Both the position numbers and the translations under genes were made by a program. A stretch of 41,649 nucleotides of DNA from an uncultured Bacilli bacterium. GTDB lineage: Bacteria > Bacillota_I > Bacilli_A > RF39 > UBA660. Location of the stretch: assembly GCA_947630495.1 (NCBI GenBank), contig CANRHS010000003.1:1-41649 (forward strand), read 5' to 3'. The notes beneath the pieces are model-generated. The model searched no databases, was not told the DNA's origin, and worked only from the letters and a program-made list of their open reading frames with translations. Below, one piece after another: positions 8,906-17,144 of this stretch (position 1 is the stretch's first letter; each line of letters starts with the position of its first letter).

Positions 8906-9607
8906 ATGTTAGAATTAAATAAATTACTTTATGATGAATGTATAAAAAAAGAACTTAACTTTGATAAGATTAATGAACTAATAAGTAAAGGTGCCAATCC
9001 CCTTGGTTTCTGCAAAGAATATGAGGGAATTGTCTATGATGGAATAATCTATTCGTTAATAGATGATAATTATCAAAATCTATTTAAAATCACCAAATGT
9101 TTTTTAGAAAATGGTATGAAAATTGAAAACGCTAGTTTAGTTGAGAGCTATGGTGAAGAAGTTGTAAATCCTCTTTGGAGTTTAGCTTTTAAATGCGATA
9201 GAGATGGCTTAAAAACTCTTGAGTTATTATTAGATAACAATTTAGATATAGAATCAGTTAATATTTTAGTTGATCATATCTATACAGATTATATATTTTT
9301 AGAAGATGATTTTAAAGCAGTAAAAAATAATAAAGAATATTACCTTGATTTTAGTATTGCTATGAAGATGATTATGTTATGTGCATCTTATTATTATGTT
9401 ATAGAAAATAGTAAATTTATTAGAGATATGGTTGAAATTGAAAATAATAACTATGATATTAGTAATTTTAAAAATTATGATGACTATTATGTAGATATCG
9501 AAGTTAAAGAGGCTAAGAATATTATTATAAGTTTTAAAAGTAAAAAGACTAATCAAGTTGTATGGAAAATAAAAGAAACAAAAAATTATATAAATGTAAG
9601 TGATTAA
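8906..9607 (+). CDS. hypothetical protein with weak ankyrin-like segments
   Basis: RBS AAGGAG; ELISKGANP, CFLENGMKI and LELLLDNNLDI resemble ankyrin helix ends. Confidence 0.55.
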   Translation: MLELNKLLYDECIKKELNFDKINELISKGANPLGFCKEYEGIVYDGIIYSLIDDNYQNLFKITKCFLENGMKIENASLVESYGEEVVNPLWSLAFKCDRDGLKTLELLLDNNLDIESVNILVDHIYTDYIFLEDDFKAVKNNKEYYLDFSIAMKMIMLCASYYYVIENSKFIRDMVEIENNNYDISNFKNYDDYYVDIEVKEAKNIIISFKSKKTNQVVWKIKETKNYINVSD

Positions 9608-10068
9608 TATAATCTTTTAACCTTAACAATTACTTTAGGTTTAGTATTTCTAAGATAAAACTCTATTTTTTCTTTTAAGTCGGATAAACTAATAACATTA
9701 TTAATTACAATATTTTTGATATTATCACTTAAATTAGCATTCTTTAAGTAAAACTGTCTATATTTTAAAGGACTAATACCAATTATCTTAGTAAATACTT
9801 CAGAATAATATTCTAAACTAGTAAAACCAGATTCTAAAGCAACTTTTAAACAAGAATTATTAGGATTTATAATTAAGTCTAAAGAATTATAAATCCTCAT
9901 TTTATTTAGATAATCTTTAATAGTTAAACCAATTTCTCTTTTAAATAATCTAATTAAATAAAACTTATTATAATTAAATAAATCTTCCAGATTATCAAGT
10001 TCAATTTTATTATATATGTTAGCATTTAAATACTTTAAGATGTTTATTATTAATAAATTAGAATACAT
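9604..10068 (-). CDS. AraC-family transcriptional regulator (DNA-binding domain only)
   Basis: YLIRLFKREIGLTIKDYLNKMRI...VALESGFTSLEYYSEVFTKIIGISPLKYR; RBS AAAGGTGA before ATG 10068. Confidence 0.88.
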   Translation of the reverse strand: MYSNLLIINILKYLNANIYNKIELDNLEDLFNYNKFYLIRLFKREIGLTIKDYLNKMRIYNSLDLIINPNNSCLKVALESGFTSLEYYSEVFTKIIGISPLKYRQFYLKNANLSDNIKNIVINNVISLSDLKEKIEFYLRNTKPKVIVKVKRLY

Positions 10069-10175
10069 AATATCACCTTTAATGAGGTATATTTTACTAT
10101 AAATTAAGAAAAAAGTCAATTTTGTTTAAAAAAGTTAGATGATTTTATGATTTAATTATCTTGGAGGTTGAGATT

Positions 10176-11438
10176 ATGAAATATGCCAAATGGGCAACAA
10201 CTAAAGAAATACTTGATAATTTAACAGAGAATAAGTTAACAGCAAAGGAATTTAAAAATGGAATTCCAATCATCTATGATAAAGACAAAGTCTATGTTAA
10301 TAGTAAGGATGGACACACACTTTTAATTGGAGGAATGGGAAGTGGTAAACATCAAGGTGTAATTTTACCATTTACAAGAGCAACAATTAAAGCTAATGAA
10401 TCAATGTTTGTCATTGATAAACGTGGAGAAATTAAAGATAAGGTTGCTGATTCTTTAAAAGAATATGGATATAAGACTTTAGTTTTTAACTTTGAAAATC
10501 CTAAACTAAGTGCAAGTTATAATCCTTTATCATTACCATTTGAGTTCTACAAGAAAGAAGACTTTGATTTAGCTTATAAATTACTTGATAAAATAGGTTT
10601 CTATTTATTTAGTGATACTACTGAAACTGATCCTTATTGGACTAATACAACAATTGATTTCTTTAAAGGAATAGCTTTATATCTATTCAAAAATAATAAA
10701 GAGGAAGTTAATTTAAATGATATCTATTTAATGGCTAATAGTTTAACTGATAATAAAGAAAGTTTAGAATTAATGAATAGTTTAGAAAAAAATAATCCTA
10801 TTTATATTTTACTTGCAGGAACCCTAAATGCACCTGTTGATACTAAGAATAGTATTATATCCGTTTTTAACTATAAAATTAAAGAATATGTATGTAGGGT
10901 AAGTTTATCTAAATTACTATCTAAAAGTGATTTTAACTTTAAAGAATTAGTAAAAGATAAATATGCTATCTTTATAAATGAAACCGATAGTTCTTATTCT
11001 AGTTCTTTAACAGCACTTTTATTAGATCAATTATATGAGGCTAAGAAATATTTAAATGATAAAACTATGTTTAACTTTATCTTAGATGATTTTGATGAAC
11101 TATCTCCTATTTATGAATTTGCTAAAGTACTTAATTATTCAAGAAGTCTTGGTATTAGATTCTTATGTTCTATTAAAAGTTTTACTAATTTAAAAGAAGT
11201 ATATGATAATATAAATCCAATTATCTTATGTTTTAGTAATTTAATTTATTTAAGAAGTAATGATATTTATACTTTAGAAGAAATTAGTAGAATGGTAGGT
11301 CAAATGAGTTCTAATGAAAGATTAATAAGTGTAGAAGAATTAAAAACTTTAAAAGCATTTGAAGCCATTATTCTAATGGAGAGAATGTCTCCTTATAGAG
11401 TTACATTAATTCCGGATTATAAGAGACATAATGGATAA
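10176..11438 (+). CDS. VirD4/TraG-like coupling-protein ATPase, soluble, with degenerate motifs
   Basis: HTLLIGGMGSGK (Walker A), SMFVIDKRGE, SASYNPL, DPYW, FILDDF (Walker B), SRSLGIRF; no N-terminal TM segments. Confidence 0.8.
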   Translation: MKYAKWATTKEILDNLTENKLTAKEFKNGIPIIYDKDKVYVNSKDGHTLLIGGMGSGKHQGVILPFTRATIKANESMFVIDKRGEIKDKVADSLKEYGYKTLVFNFENPKLSASYNPLSLPFEFYKKEDFDLAYKLLDKIGFYLFSDTTETDPYWTNTTIDFFKGIALYLFKNNKEEVNLNDIYLMANSLTDNKESLELMNSLEKNNPIYILLAGTLNAPVDTKNSIISVFNYKIKEYVCRVSLSKLLSKSDFNFKELVKDKYAIFINETDSSYSSSLTALLLDQLYEAKKYLNDKTMFNFILDDFDELSPIYEFAKVLNYSRSLGIRFLCSIKSFTNLKEVYDNINPIILCFSNLIYLRSNDIYTLEEISRMVGQMSSNERLISVEELKTLKAFEAIILMERMSPYRVTLIPDYKRHNG

Positions 11439-11979
11439 AGTAGATATTATTCTAAATCTAATTAAAGAGTCTTTTAACTTAGATGAAATAAAGGATTATG
11501 ATTTAGATAAAATAAATTTAATAATAAAAATATTAGATATTAAAGAAGATAGTAAAATAATAAAATTAGGAAATGGCACATATTCAAATGTTTATAAAAT
11601 AGGAAATAAAGTTTTAAAAATTGGTTTGGCTAAAATTGATTTAGATATTATTAAACATAAAAGAATTATTGAAGTTTATTTAAAAACTAATATAGAAATT
11701 AAAACTAAAAGTATGAATATGAATGTTGGAATAGAGATACAAGAAGTGGCAGAAATGGTAAAGACTAGCAAGAATAATTTATATAAAATATATAAGGAAT
11801 TAAGAGATGATGGAATAATTTGGCAAGATGTAAAAGAAAGTAATGTTGGAGTAAGTAATAATAACTTAGTTGTAATAGATACAGACTTTCTTAGTTTTGA
11901 AAGTAAAAAAATGTCAAATTGTTTAAATGTTCTTGACGATGAATTTGAGAAATTATATAATGAAAATAAGGAGGATTGA
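11431..11979 (+). CDS. minimal protein kinase-like protein
   Basis: Gly loop LGNGTYSNVY, VLKI lysine, catalytic loop WQDVKESN, VIDTD (DFG-like); overlaps the upstream gene. Confidence 0.7.
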   Translation: MDKVDIILNLIKESFNLDEIKDYDLDKINLIIKILDIKEDSKIIKLGNGTYSNVYKIGNKVLKIGLAKIDLDIIKHKRIIEVYLKTNIEIKTKSMNMNVGIEIQEVAEMVKTSKNNLYKIYKELRDDGIIWQDVKESNVGVSNNNLVVIDTDFLSFESKKMSNCLNVLDDEFEKLYNENKED

Positions 11980-11981
11980 AT

Positions 11982-12299
11982 ATGAATTATGAAGAAATAC
12001 TTGAACAAGTAAAGAGTGCTTATCCATTTTATGAAGGTGAAGATAAAACTTGGCTTAATCCCAATACAATAGTTGCAACTTATAATGTACCTTTTGATGT
12101 AGCAGTTAAAGTTGCCAATGAATATAATTCGGATATAGTAGTAGGTCAATTAAAAACTGGAACTTCTCGCTTAGAAGACATGAAAGAACAAGGACTAGAT
12201 CCAAGTATAATTGCAACTAAATTCAATATTTCTATGGATTTAGCAACTATGATTGTTGAAAAGTATGATCAAGTTAAAGAATCTAGTATTAAAAGATAG
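11982..12299 (+). CDS. hypothetical protein with an internal tandem HTH-like repeat
   Basis: RBS AAGGAGG; LNPNTIVATYNVPFDVAVKVANEY and LDPSIIATKFNISMDLATMIVEKY. Confidence 0.7.
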   Translation: MNYEEILEQVKSAYPFYEGEDKTWLNPNTIVATYNVPFDVAVKVANEYNSDIVVGQLKTGTSRLEDMKEQGLDPSIIATKFNISMDLATMIVEKYDQVKESSIKR

Positions 12300-12310
12300 T
12301 GATAGTTTAG

Positions 12311-12341
12311 ATTAGAACGAGAAAAATCTCGTTTTAATTTT
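12311..12341 (+). terminator. terminator of the virD4-like operon
   Basis: ATTAGAACGAGA-aaaa-TCTCGTTTTAAT then TTT. Confidence 0.65.
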
Positions 12342-12351
12342 GGTAATTTTC

Positions 12352-12380
12352 TTGATTAAGAAATATAAATTTTGTATAAT
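12352..12380 (+). promoter_or_regulatory. promoter of the thyA operon
   Basis: TTGATT-17 bp-TATAAT. Confidence 0.65.
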
Positions 12381-12400
12381 AGAGTAAATGGAGGAAAAAT

Positions 12401-13300
12401 ATGTCGAAGTTTGATAAAGATTATTTAAAATTATGTGAAGAAATCTTGAATAAGGGAGTAGAGGTAGAGAATAGAACAGGTGTTAATACAATTAATATAC
12501 CGGGCTATTTCTTAGAGTTTGATTTAGAGAAAGAATTACCTATTTTAACGACAAAGCAAGTTTTCTTTAAGAATGCAATTACCGAGATGCTTTGGATTTA
12601 TCAAGAACAAAGTAATGATGTTAGATGGTTACAAGAAAGAGGTAATCATATTTGGGATGAATGGGAAGTTGATTCTGAAGGATATTGGAATGCAACTCAA
12701 AATGTTCTTGAAGATGGAAAACTAGTTAAAAAAGATGTTCATAAATTCTTTGGTAAAGAATATGCTCATACAATTGGAACGGCTTATGGTTGGATTGTTA
12801 AAAGATATCATTTAATTGATGATTTGATTGAAAAGATTAAAACATTTCCAACGGATAGACGAATGATTATGTCTTTGTGGCAAAATGAATGGTTAGATAC
12901 TGCCGTGCTTCCTTCTTGTGTTTGGTCAAGTGAATGGAGTGTTAGTGATGGGAAAGTTAATTGCTGGGTTCATCAAAGATCATGTGATGTTCCGCTTGGA
13001 CTACCTTTTAATGTAACACAATATGCAGTCCTTGTTAATTTAATTGCTCATGTAACGGGACTTAAACCTGGTAAACTTTATTGGAGTATTAAAGATGCTC
13101 ATATTTATGTAAATCAAGTTGATGGAATTAAAGAACAATTAAGAAGATATAAAGAATTAGGTGACTATGAAGCTCCTACTTTATGGATAAATCCCGAAGT
13201 TAAAGATTTTTATAAGTTCGATAATTCTCGTGAATTAAAAGATATTAAGATTGAAAACTATCGGCACCATGGTAAGATAGAGTTTGAGATAACACAGTAG
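12401..13300 (+). CDS. thyA: thymidylate synthase
   Basis: NRTG, LPILTTK, IWDEW, DRRMI, LPSC, QRSCDVPLGLPFN, DAHIYVNQ. Confidence 0.95.
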   Translation: MSKFDKDYLKLCEEILNKGVEVENRTGVNTINIPGYFLEFDLEKELPILTTKQVFFKNAITEMLWIYQEQSNDVRWLQERGNHIWDEWEVDSEGYWNATQNVLEDGKLVKKDVHKFFGKEYAHTIGTAYGWIVKRYHLIDDLIEKIKTFPTDRRMIMSLWQNEWLDTAVLPSCVWSSEWSVSDGKVNCWVHQRSCDVPLGLPFNVTQYAVLVNLIAHVTGLKPGKLYWSIKDAHIYVNQVDGIKEQLRRYKELGDYEAPTLWINPEVKDFYKFDNSRELKDIKIENYRHHGKIEFEITQ

Positions 13301-13307
13301 GTGAAAT

Positions 13308-13793
13308 ATGAAGTTAGCAATGATTGCCTGTGTTGGGAAAAATTTAGAATTAGGAAGAAACAATGATTTAATTTGGCACTTACCATCAGATTTAAAATAT
13401 TTTAAAGAAGTAACTCTTGGACATACAGTTATTATGGGAAAAAATACTTTTAAATCTTTGCCGGGTGTTTTAAAAAATAGACATAATATTGTTTTAACCT
13501 TTAAAGATGATAAAGATGAATTTCCAGATGAAGTTGAAGTTTTACATTCAATAGATGAATTTCTAGATAAATATAAATCTAGTGATGAGTTAGTCTTTGT
13601 AATAGGGGGAACTAGCATCTATAAACAATTTATTGATTTAGCAGATACCTTATATCTAACGGAAGTAGATGGTGAGTGTAAAGCTGATGTGTATTTTCCA
13701 GAGTTTGATAAAAGTTTATATACTAAAGAAATAGTTGGAAATGGAAATGATAATAATATTAAATTTAACTTTGTTATATATAGGAGGATTTAA
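13308..13793 (+). CDS. folA: dihydrofolate reductase
   Basis: LIWHLPSDLKYFK, VIMGKNTFKSLP, FVIGG, ADVYFPEFD; follows thyA. Confidence 0.95.
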   Translation: MKLAMIACVGKNLELGRNNDLIWHLPSDLKYFKEVTLGHTVIMGKNTFKSLPGVLKNRHNIVLTFKDDKDEFPDEVEVLHSIDEFLDKYKSSDELVFVIGGTSIYKQFIDLADTLYLTEVDGECKADVYFPEFDKSLYTKEIVGNGNDNNIKFNFVIYRRI

Positions 13794-14467
13794 TGGGAAA
13801 ATTTATAGTAATTGAAGGAACAGATTGTTCAGGAAAAGAAACTCAAAGTAAGTTATTAGTTGAAAAATTAGAGAAATTAGGCTATAAAGCAATTCGGGTT
13901 ACATTCCCGAAGTATGATACTCCAACTGGGAAAATAGTCGGAGGGCCATACTTAGGTAAAAAAGAAATAAGTGAATGTTGGTTTCCTGAGGGGGCCGTTA
14001 ACTTAGACCCTAAAGTTGCAAGTTTATATTATGCGGCTGATAGAAAATACAATATACCTGAGATAATTAAATATTTAGATGATGGTTATTTTGTTATCTG
14101 TGATAGATATGTAAGTAGTAATATGGCTCATCAAGGAAGTAAAATCAGAGATGATGAAGAAAGATTTCATATGTATGAGTGGATTGATAAGTTAGAGTTT
14201 TGGCTTTTAGGATTACCTAAACCTGATAAAACGATTTTCTTACATGTTCCTTATACCTATGCTGTTGAACTTAAGAAAAATCGGGAGTCTCTTGATGAAC
14301 ATGAAATGAATGAAGAACATTTAAAAAATTCCGAGACTGCGTATGTTGAACTTGCAAATTTATATAATTGGAAAAATATTAATTGTATTAAAGATAATGC
14401 AATTAGAAGTATTGAAGATATTAATGAAGAAATAATAGAATGTTTAAAAGAGTATATGGAGGAATAA
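13793..14467 (+). CDS. tmk: thymidylate kinase family protein
   Basis: FIVIEGTDCSGKETQ P-loop, FPKY, YAADR, DRYVSSN, LPKPD. Confidence 0.85.
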   Translation: MGKFIVIEGTDCSGKETQSKLLVEKLEKLGYKAIRVTFPKYDTPTGKIVGGPYLGKKEISECWFPEGAVNLDPKVASLYYAADRKYNIPEIIKYLDDGYFVICDRYVSSNMAHQGSKIRDDEERFHMYEWIDKLEFWLLGLPKPDKTIFLHVPYTYAVELKKNRESLDEHEMNEEHLKNSETAYVELANLYNWKNINCIKDNAIRSIEDINEEIIECLKEYMEE

Positions 14468-14468
14468 T

Positions 14469-15170
14469 ATGTATAAGAATATTTTATTAAAATTAAGTGG
14501 TGAGTCACTTATGAGTGAAAGTGAGAATATTAATAAGGAGAAAACCAGAGAAATAGCAACTCTTATTAAAAGAGTTCATGAGATGGGTGTTAATGTTGCA
14601 ATCGTTGTTGGAGGGGGCAACTTCTTTAGAGGACGCAGCCATCAAGATATGGAAGCGATAAACGCCGATTCAATGGGAATGCTTGGAACAACTATGAATG
14701 CTTTAGCTTTAAGAGATGCTTTTAACAAAGTAGGCTTAAAGAACGTTATTTCATCTCCCTTTGATTTCCATGAATTAATTGAAGCGCATAGTGAAGATGA
14801 ATTAAAGAGTATGTATAATTCTGGAACTGTAGTCGTTTTTAGTGGAGGAACTGGTCATATTGGTTGTTCAACGGATACAGCTGCTAGCATGAAAGCTATA
14901 ATGATTGGGGCTGAAGTTATCATCAAACTTACTAATGTTGATGGAGTATATGATAAAGATCCAAATAAATATAGTGATGCTAAAATGTATACTAAATTAA
15001 CTCACAAAGAAGTACTTGCTAATCCAGAAATTAAAGTTATGGATTTAAAATGTATCGAAGATTGTATGGAATCTAATAAAGATATATTAGTTATTAACTT
15101 TAATGACCAAGAAAACTTAATCAAAGTCTTAAATGGTGAGGCTCTTGGTACGGTGATTAGTAATGACTAA
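14469..15170 (+). CDS. pyrH: UMP kinase
   Basis: LLKLSGESL, IVVGGGNFFRG, DSMGMLGT, STDTAA, VDGVYDKDP, KVMD. Confidence 0.9.
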   Translation: MYKNILLKLSGESLMSESENINKEKTREIATLIKRVHEMGVNVAIVVGGGNFFRGRSHQDMEAINADSMGMLGTTMNALALRDAFNKVGLKNVISSPFDFHELIEAHSEDELKSMYNSGTVVVFSGGTGHIGCSTDTAASMKAIMIGAEVIIKLTNVDGVYDKDPNKYSDAKMYTKLTHKEVLANPEIKVMDLKCIEDCMESNKDILVINFNDQENLIKVLNGEALGTVISND

Positions 15171-15399
15171 TGATGAAAAGTATAATGTTTATAAAAAGAA
15201 AAAAATATTAAGATATTTAATAATCTTCTTTAGTTTAGTAACAATCTTTTTAGAATCTTTAGCCTTATTTAGAGTTATATCTTATTTATATGGACTTATA
15301 CCATTTGTACTTTTATATATTGTAAAGTATTTTAATGCTAAAATAGACGATAAAAGTGATAAGAAAAATACTAAAAATAAGAAAAAGAAAGATAAATAA
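15163..15399 (+). CDS. small membrane protein with two TM segments
   Basis: Two hydrophobic stretches and a basic tail; overlaps the pyrH stop. Confidence 0.65.
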   Translation: MTNDEKYNVYKKKKILRYLIIFFSLVTIFLESLALFRVISYLYGLIPFVLLYIVKYFNAKIDDKSDKKNTKNKKKKDK

Positions 15400-15596
15400 A
15401 TAAAAATTTAAGTTTATGAATATAATTAAACGATATAAATAAATTTAAATTTTTTTTAATAGTTAGATACTCTATATAAAATAATAAAATACGTATCTAA
15501 TTAATCTTATTTTTAAGAAAAAAAGCCACTTTTGGAAGTAGTTGGAGTTGCTATTTTGGCTAAAGTATGATAGAATTATTTGTGCAAGGAGATTTT

Positions 15597-16508
15597 ATGA
15601 AATTATTATTAAACAACATTTTTAAGGGGTTGTTAGTTTCTCTTTTAGTAATAACACTTGGAGGATTCTTATATATTAATATAGCTAAACCAGAAGAGAT
15701 AAACTTACAATTAATATCATCAAGTGTTGTTAATCAACTAGGAACAGAAAGTAAAAATATAAAAGAAAATAAAGAAGATAAATTAAATAATGAAAATAAA
15801 ACTTTGGTTGAAGATACGAAAGAAACTGAAGCAAATGAGGAAGAAACAAAAGAAGATACTACTGATACATCTAAAAATACTGAAGTAACTGAAACAACTA
15901 AAGAAGAAGTAAAAGAAGATGCAAAACAAGAGGTTAAAGAGGAAGTTAAAGAAGAGACACCTAAGGTTGAAGAAAATAAACAAGATAATGAGGTGAAAGA
16001 ACCTGAAAAAGTTGAAGAGACTAATCCTGTTCTAGAAGCACCTAAGGAAGAGGCTCCTCAAAATAATCAAAGTAATAATAAAACTCCAGGAACGACTACT
16101 GGTCCTTATGCACCAAACTTGGCGGCAGTAAATGCATTAAGTGTACTTGAAACGCATGTTGGGAAAATAACAGCTTATGGACCAGATTGTTATGGTTGTT
16201 ATGGTAGTTTAGTAGCTCGTGGAGAATATGTTGGAGATGGTAGAATTTATTATAATGATCCAACTTATGGAACTATTAGAATAGTTGCAGGTGACCCAAG
16301 ATTAGGTCTTGGTGCGATCGTTCGAATAAAAGGAGTATCAGCTGAACCAATTATAGCAATTATGTTAGATACCGGTGGTGACATTGGCTTTGATAAACCT
16401 AGAAAAATATTTTTTGATTTATTATATGAAAGTGAAAAAGCAGCTGGAGAAAAATTTGGAAGTTATAATAATGCAACCTTTGAAATATTAAAATATGGTA
16501 AAAAATAA
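15597..16508 (+). CDS. membrane-anchored 3D-domain (MltA-like) cell-wall protein
   Basis: N-terminal TM, E/K/T-rich linker, C-terminal ITAYGPDC..IVAGDP..DTGGDI..FDL. Confidence 0.75.
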   Translation: MKLLLNNIFKGLLVSLLVITLGGFLYINIAKPEEINLQLISSSVVNQLGTESKNIKENKEDKLNNENKTLVEDTKETEANEEETKEDTTDTSKNTEVTETTKEEVKEDAKQEVKEEVKEETPKVEENKQDNEVKEPEKVEETNPVLEAPKEEAPQNNQSNNKTPGTTTGPYAPNLAAVNALSVLETHVGKITAYGPDCYGCYGSLVARGEYVGDGRIYYNDPTYGTIRIVAGDPRLGLGAIVRIKGVSAEPIIAIMLDTGGDIGFDKPRKIFFDLLYESEKAAGEKFGSYNNATFEILKYGKK

Positions 16509-16532
16509 AACATGGCTTAACCCATGTTTTTA
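16506..16532. terminator. bidirectional terminator
   Basis: AAAACATGG-cttaac-CCATGTTTT between convergent genes. Confidence 0.6.
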
Positions 16533-16762
16533 ATATGTCTTTTAGAATCTTCTAGATAATCATTTTCTAAATAACCAATAAGATTACTCTTTAAATTAAT
16601 TAAATTAGAAATCTTGCTTGATAAATCAATATTAGTATTAACATCTTTAGATAATAAAGCATCAATTGCTGCAATTAAAAGTTCTTTATATCCTCTTGCA
16701 ATAAGCATATTATAATTACTTATAATCTTTTGATATTCAAAAATCCAATTATTATAACTCAT
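16517..16762 (-). CDS. hypothetical protein
   Basis: RBS GGAGGA on the minus strand; 81 aa. Confidence 0.6.
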   Translation of the reverse strand: MSYNNWIFEYQKIISNYNMLIARGYKELLIAAIDALLSKDVNTNIDLSSKISNLINLKSNLIGYLENDYLEDSKRHIKNMG

Positions 16763-16813
16763 ACGTCCTCCTGTTGGTGTGTTATTATAAACTAATACTC
16801 TTTAAAAGTCAAA

Positions 16814-17080
16814 TTATTTAAGTAAATCCTTATATTTTTCCCGATAATTCATATATAAAGCATATATCTTATCATAATTTTCTTTTCTTAAAAAATTTTT
16901 AGCTTCATTAAAAATTAACATATAATCATTACCTAAAAAAAATTTATAATTATATTTAATAGTATTAAAGACATAATCAAATTCTTTATCATTTAAAATA
17001 ATATTATTACTAGTTGCAAACATATAAACATCATTCTTAGTTAAATTCCGAACATAATTTTCAATTAGTTTTTCGTACAT
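16814..17080 (-). CDS. hypothetical protein (possibly DUF2624/YqfT-like)
   Basis: RBS GGTGA; LTKNDVYMFATSNNIILNDKE resembles DUF2624 (recalled, unverified). Confidence 0.55.
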   Translation of the reverse strand: MYEKLIENYVRNLTKNDVYMFATSNNIILNDKEFDYVFNTIKYNYKFFLGNDYMLIFNEAKNFLRKENYDKIYALYMNYREKYKDLLK

Positions 17081-17144
17081 ATAATCACCATCTAATTATA
17101 TTCATAAAAAACTAAAAAATACCAATAATATAAATGGTGATAGA

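Noticed and set aside
10176-11438. Integrative conjugative element around the virD4-like gene
   Set aside because: No relaxase, VirB4, integrase or att repeats are visible, and the flanks are housekeeping genes.
15400-15560. Imperfect AT-rich inverted repeats (TAGATAC/GTATCTA)
   Set aside because: Too short and AT-rich to separate from background or a simple operator.
15750-16090. Repetitive GAA/AAA-rich tract as a repeat array or CRISPR
   Set aside because: It is the low-complexity E/K/T linker of the 3D-domain protein, with no regular repeat-spacer structure.
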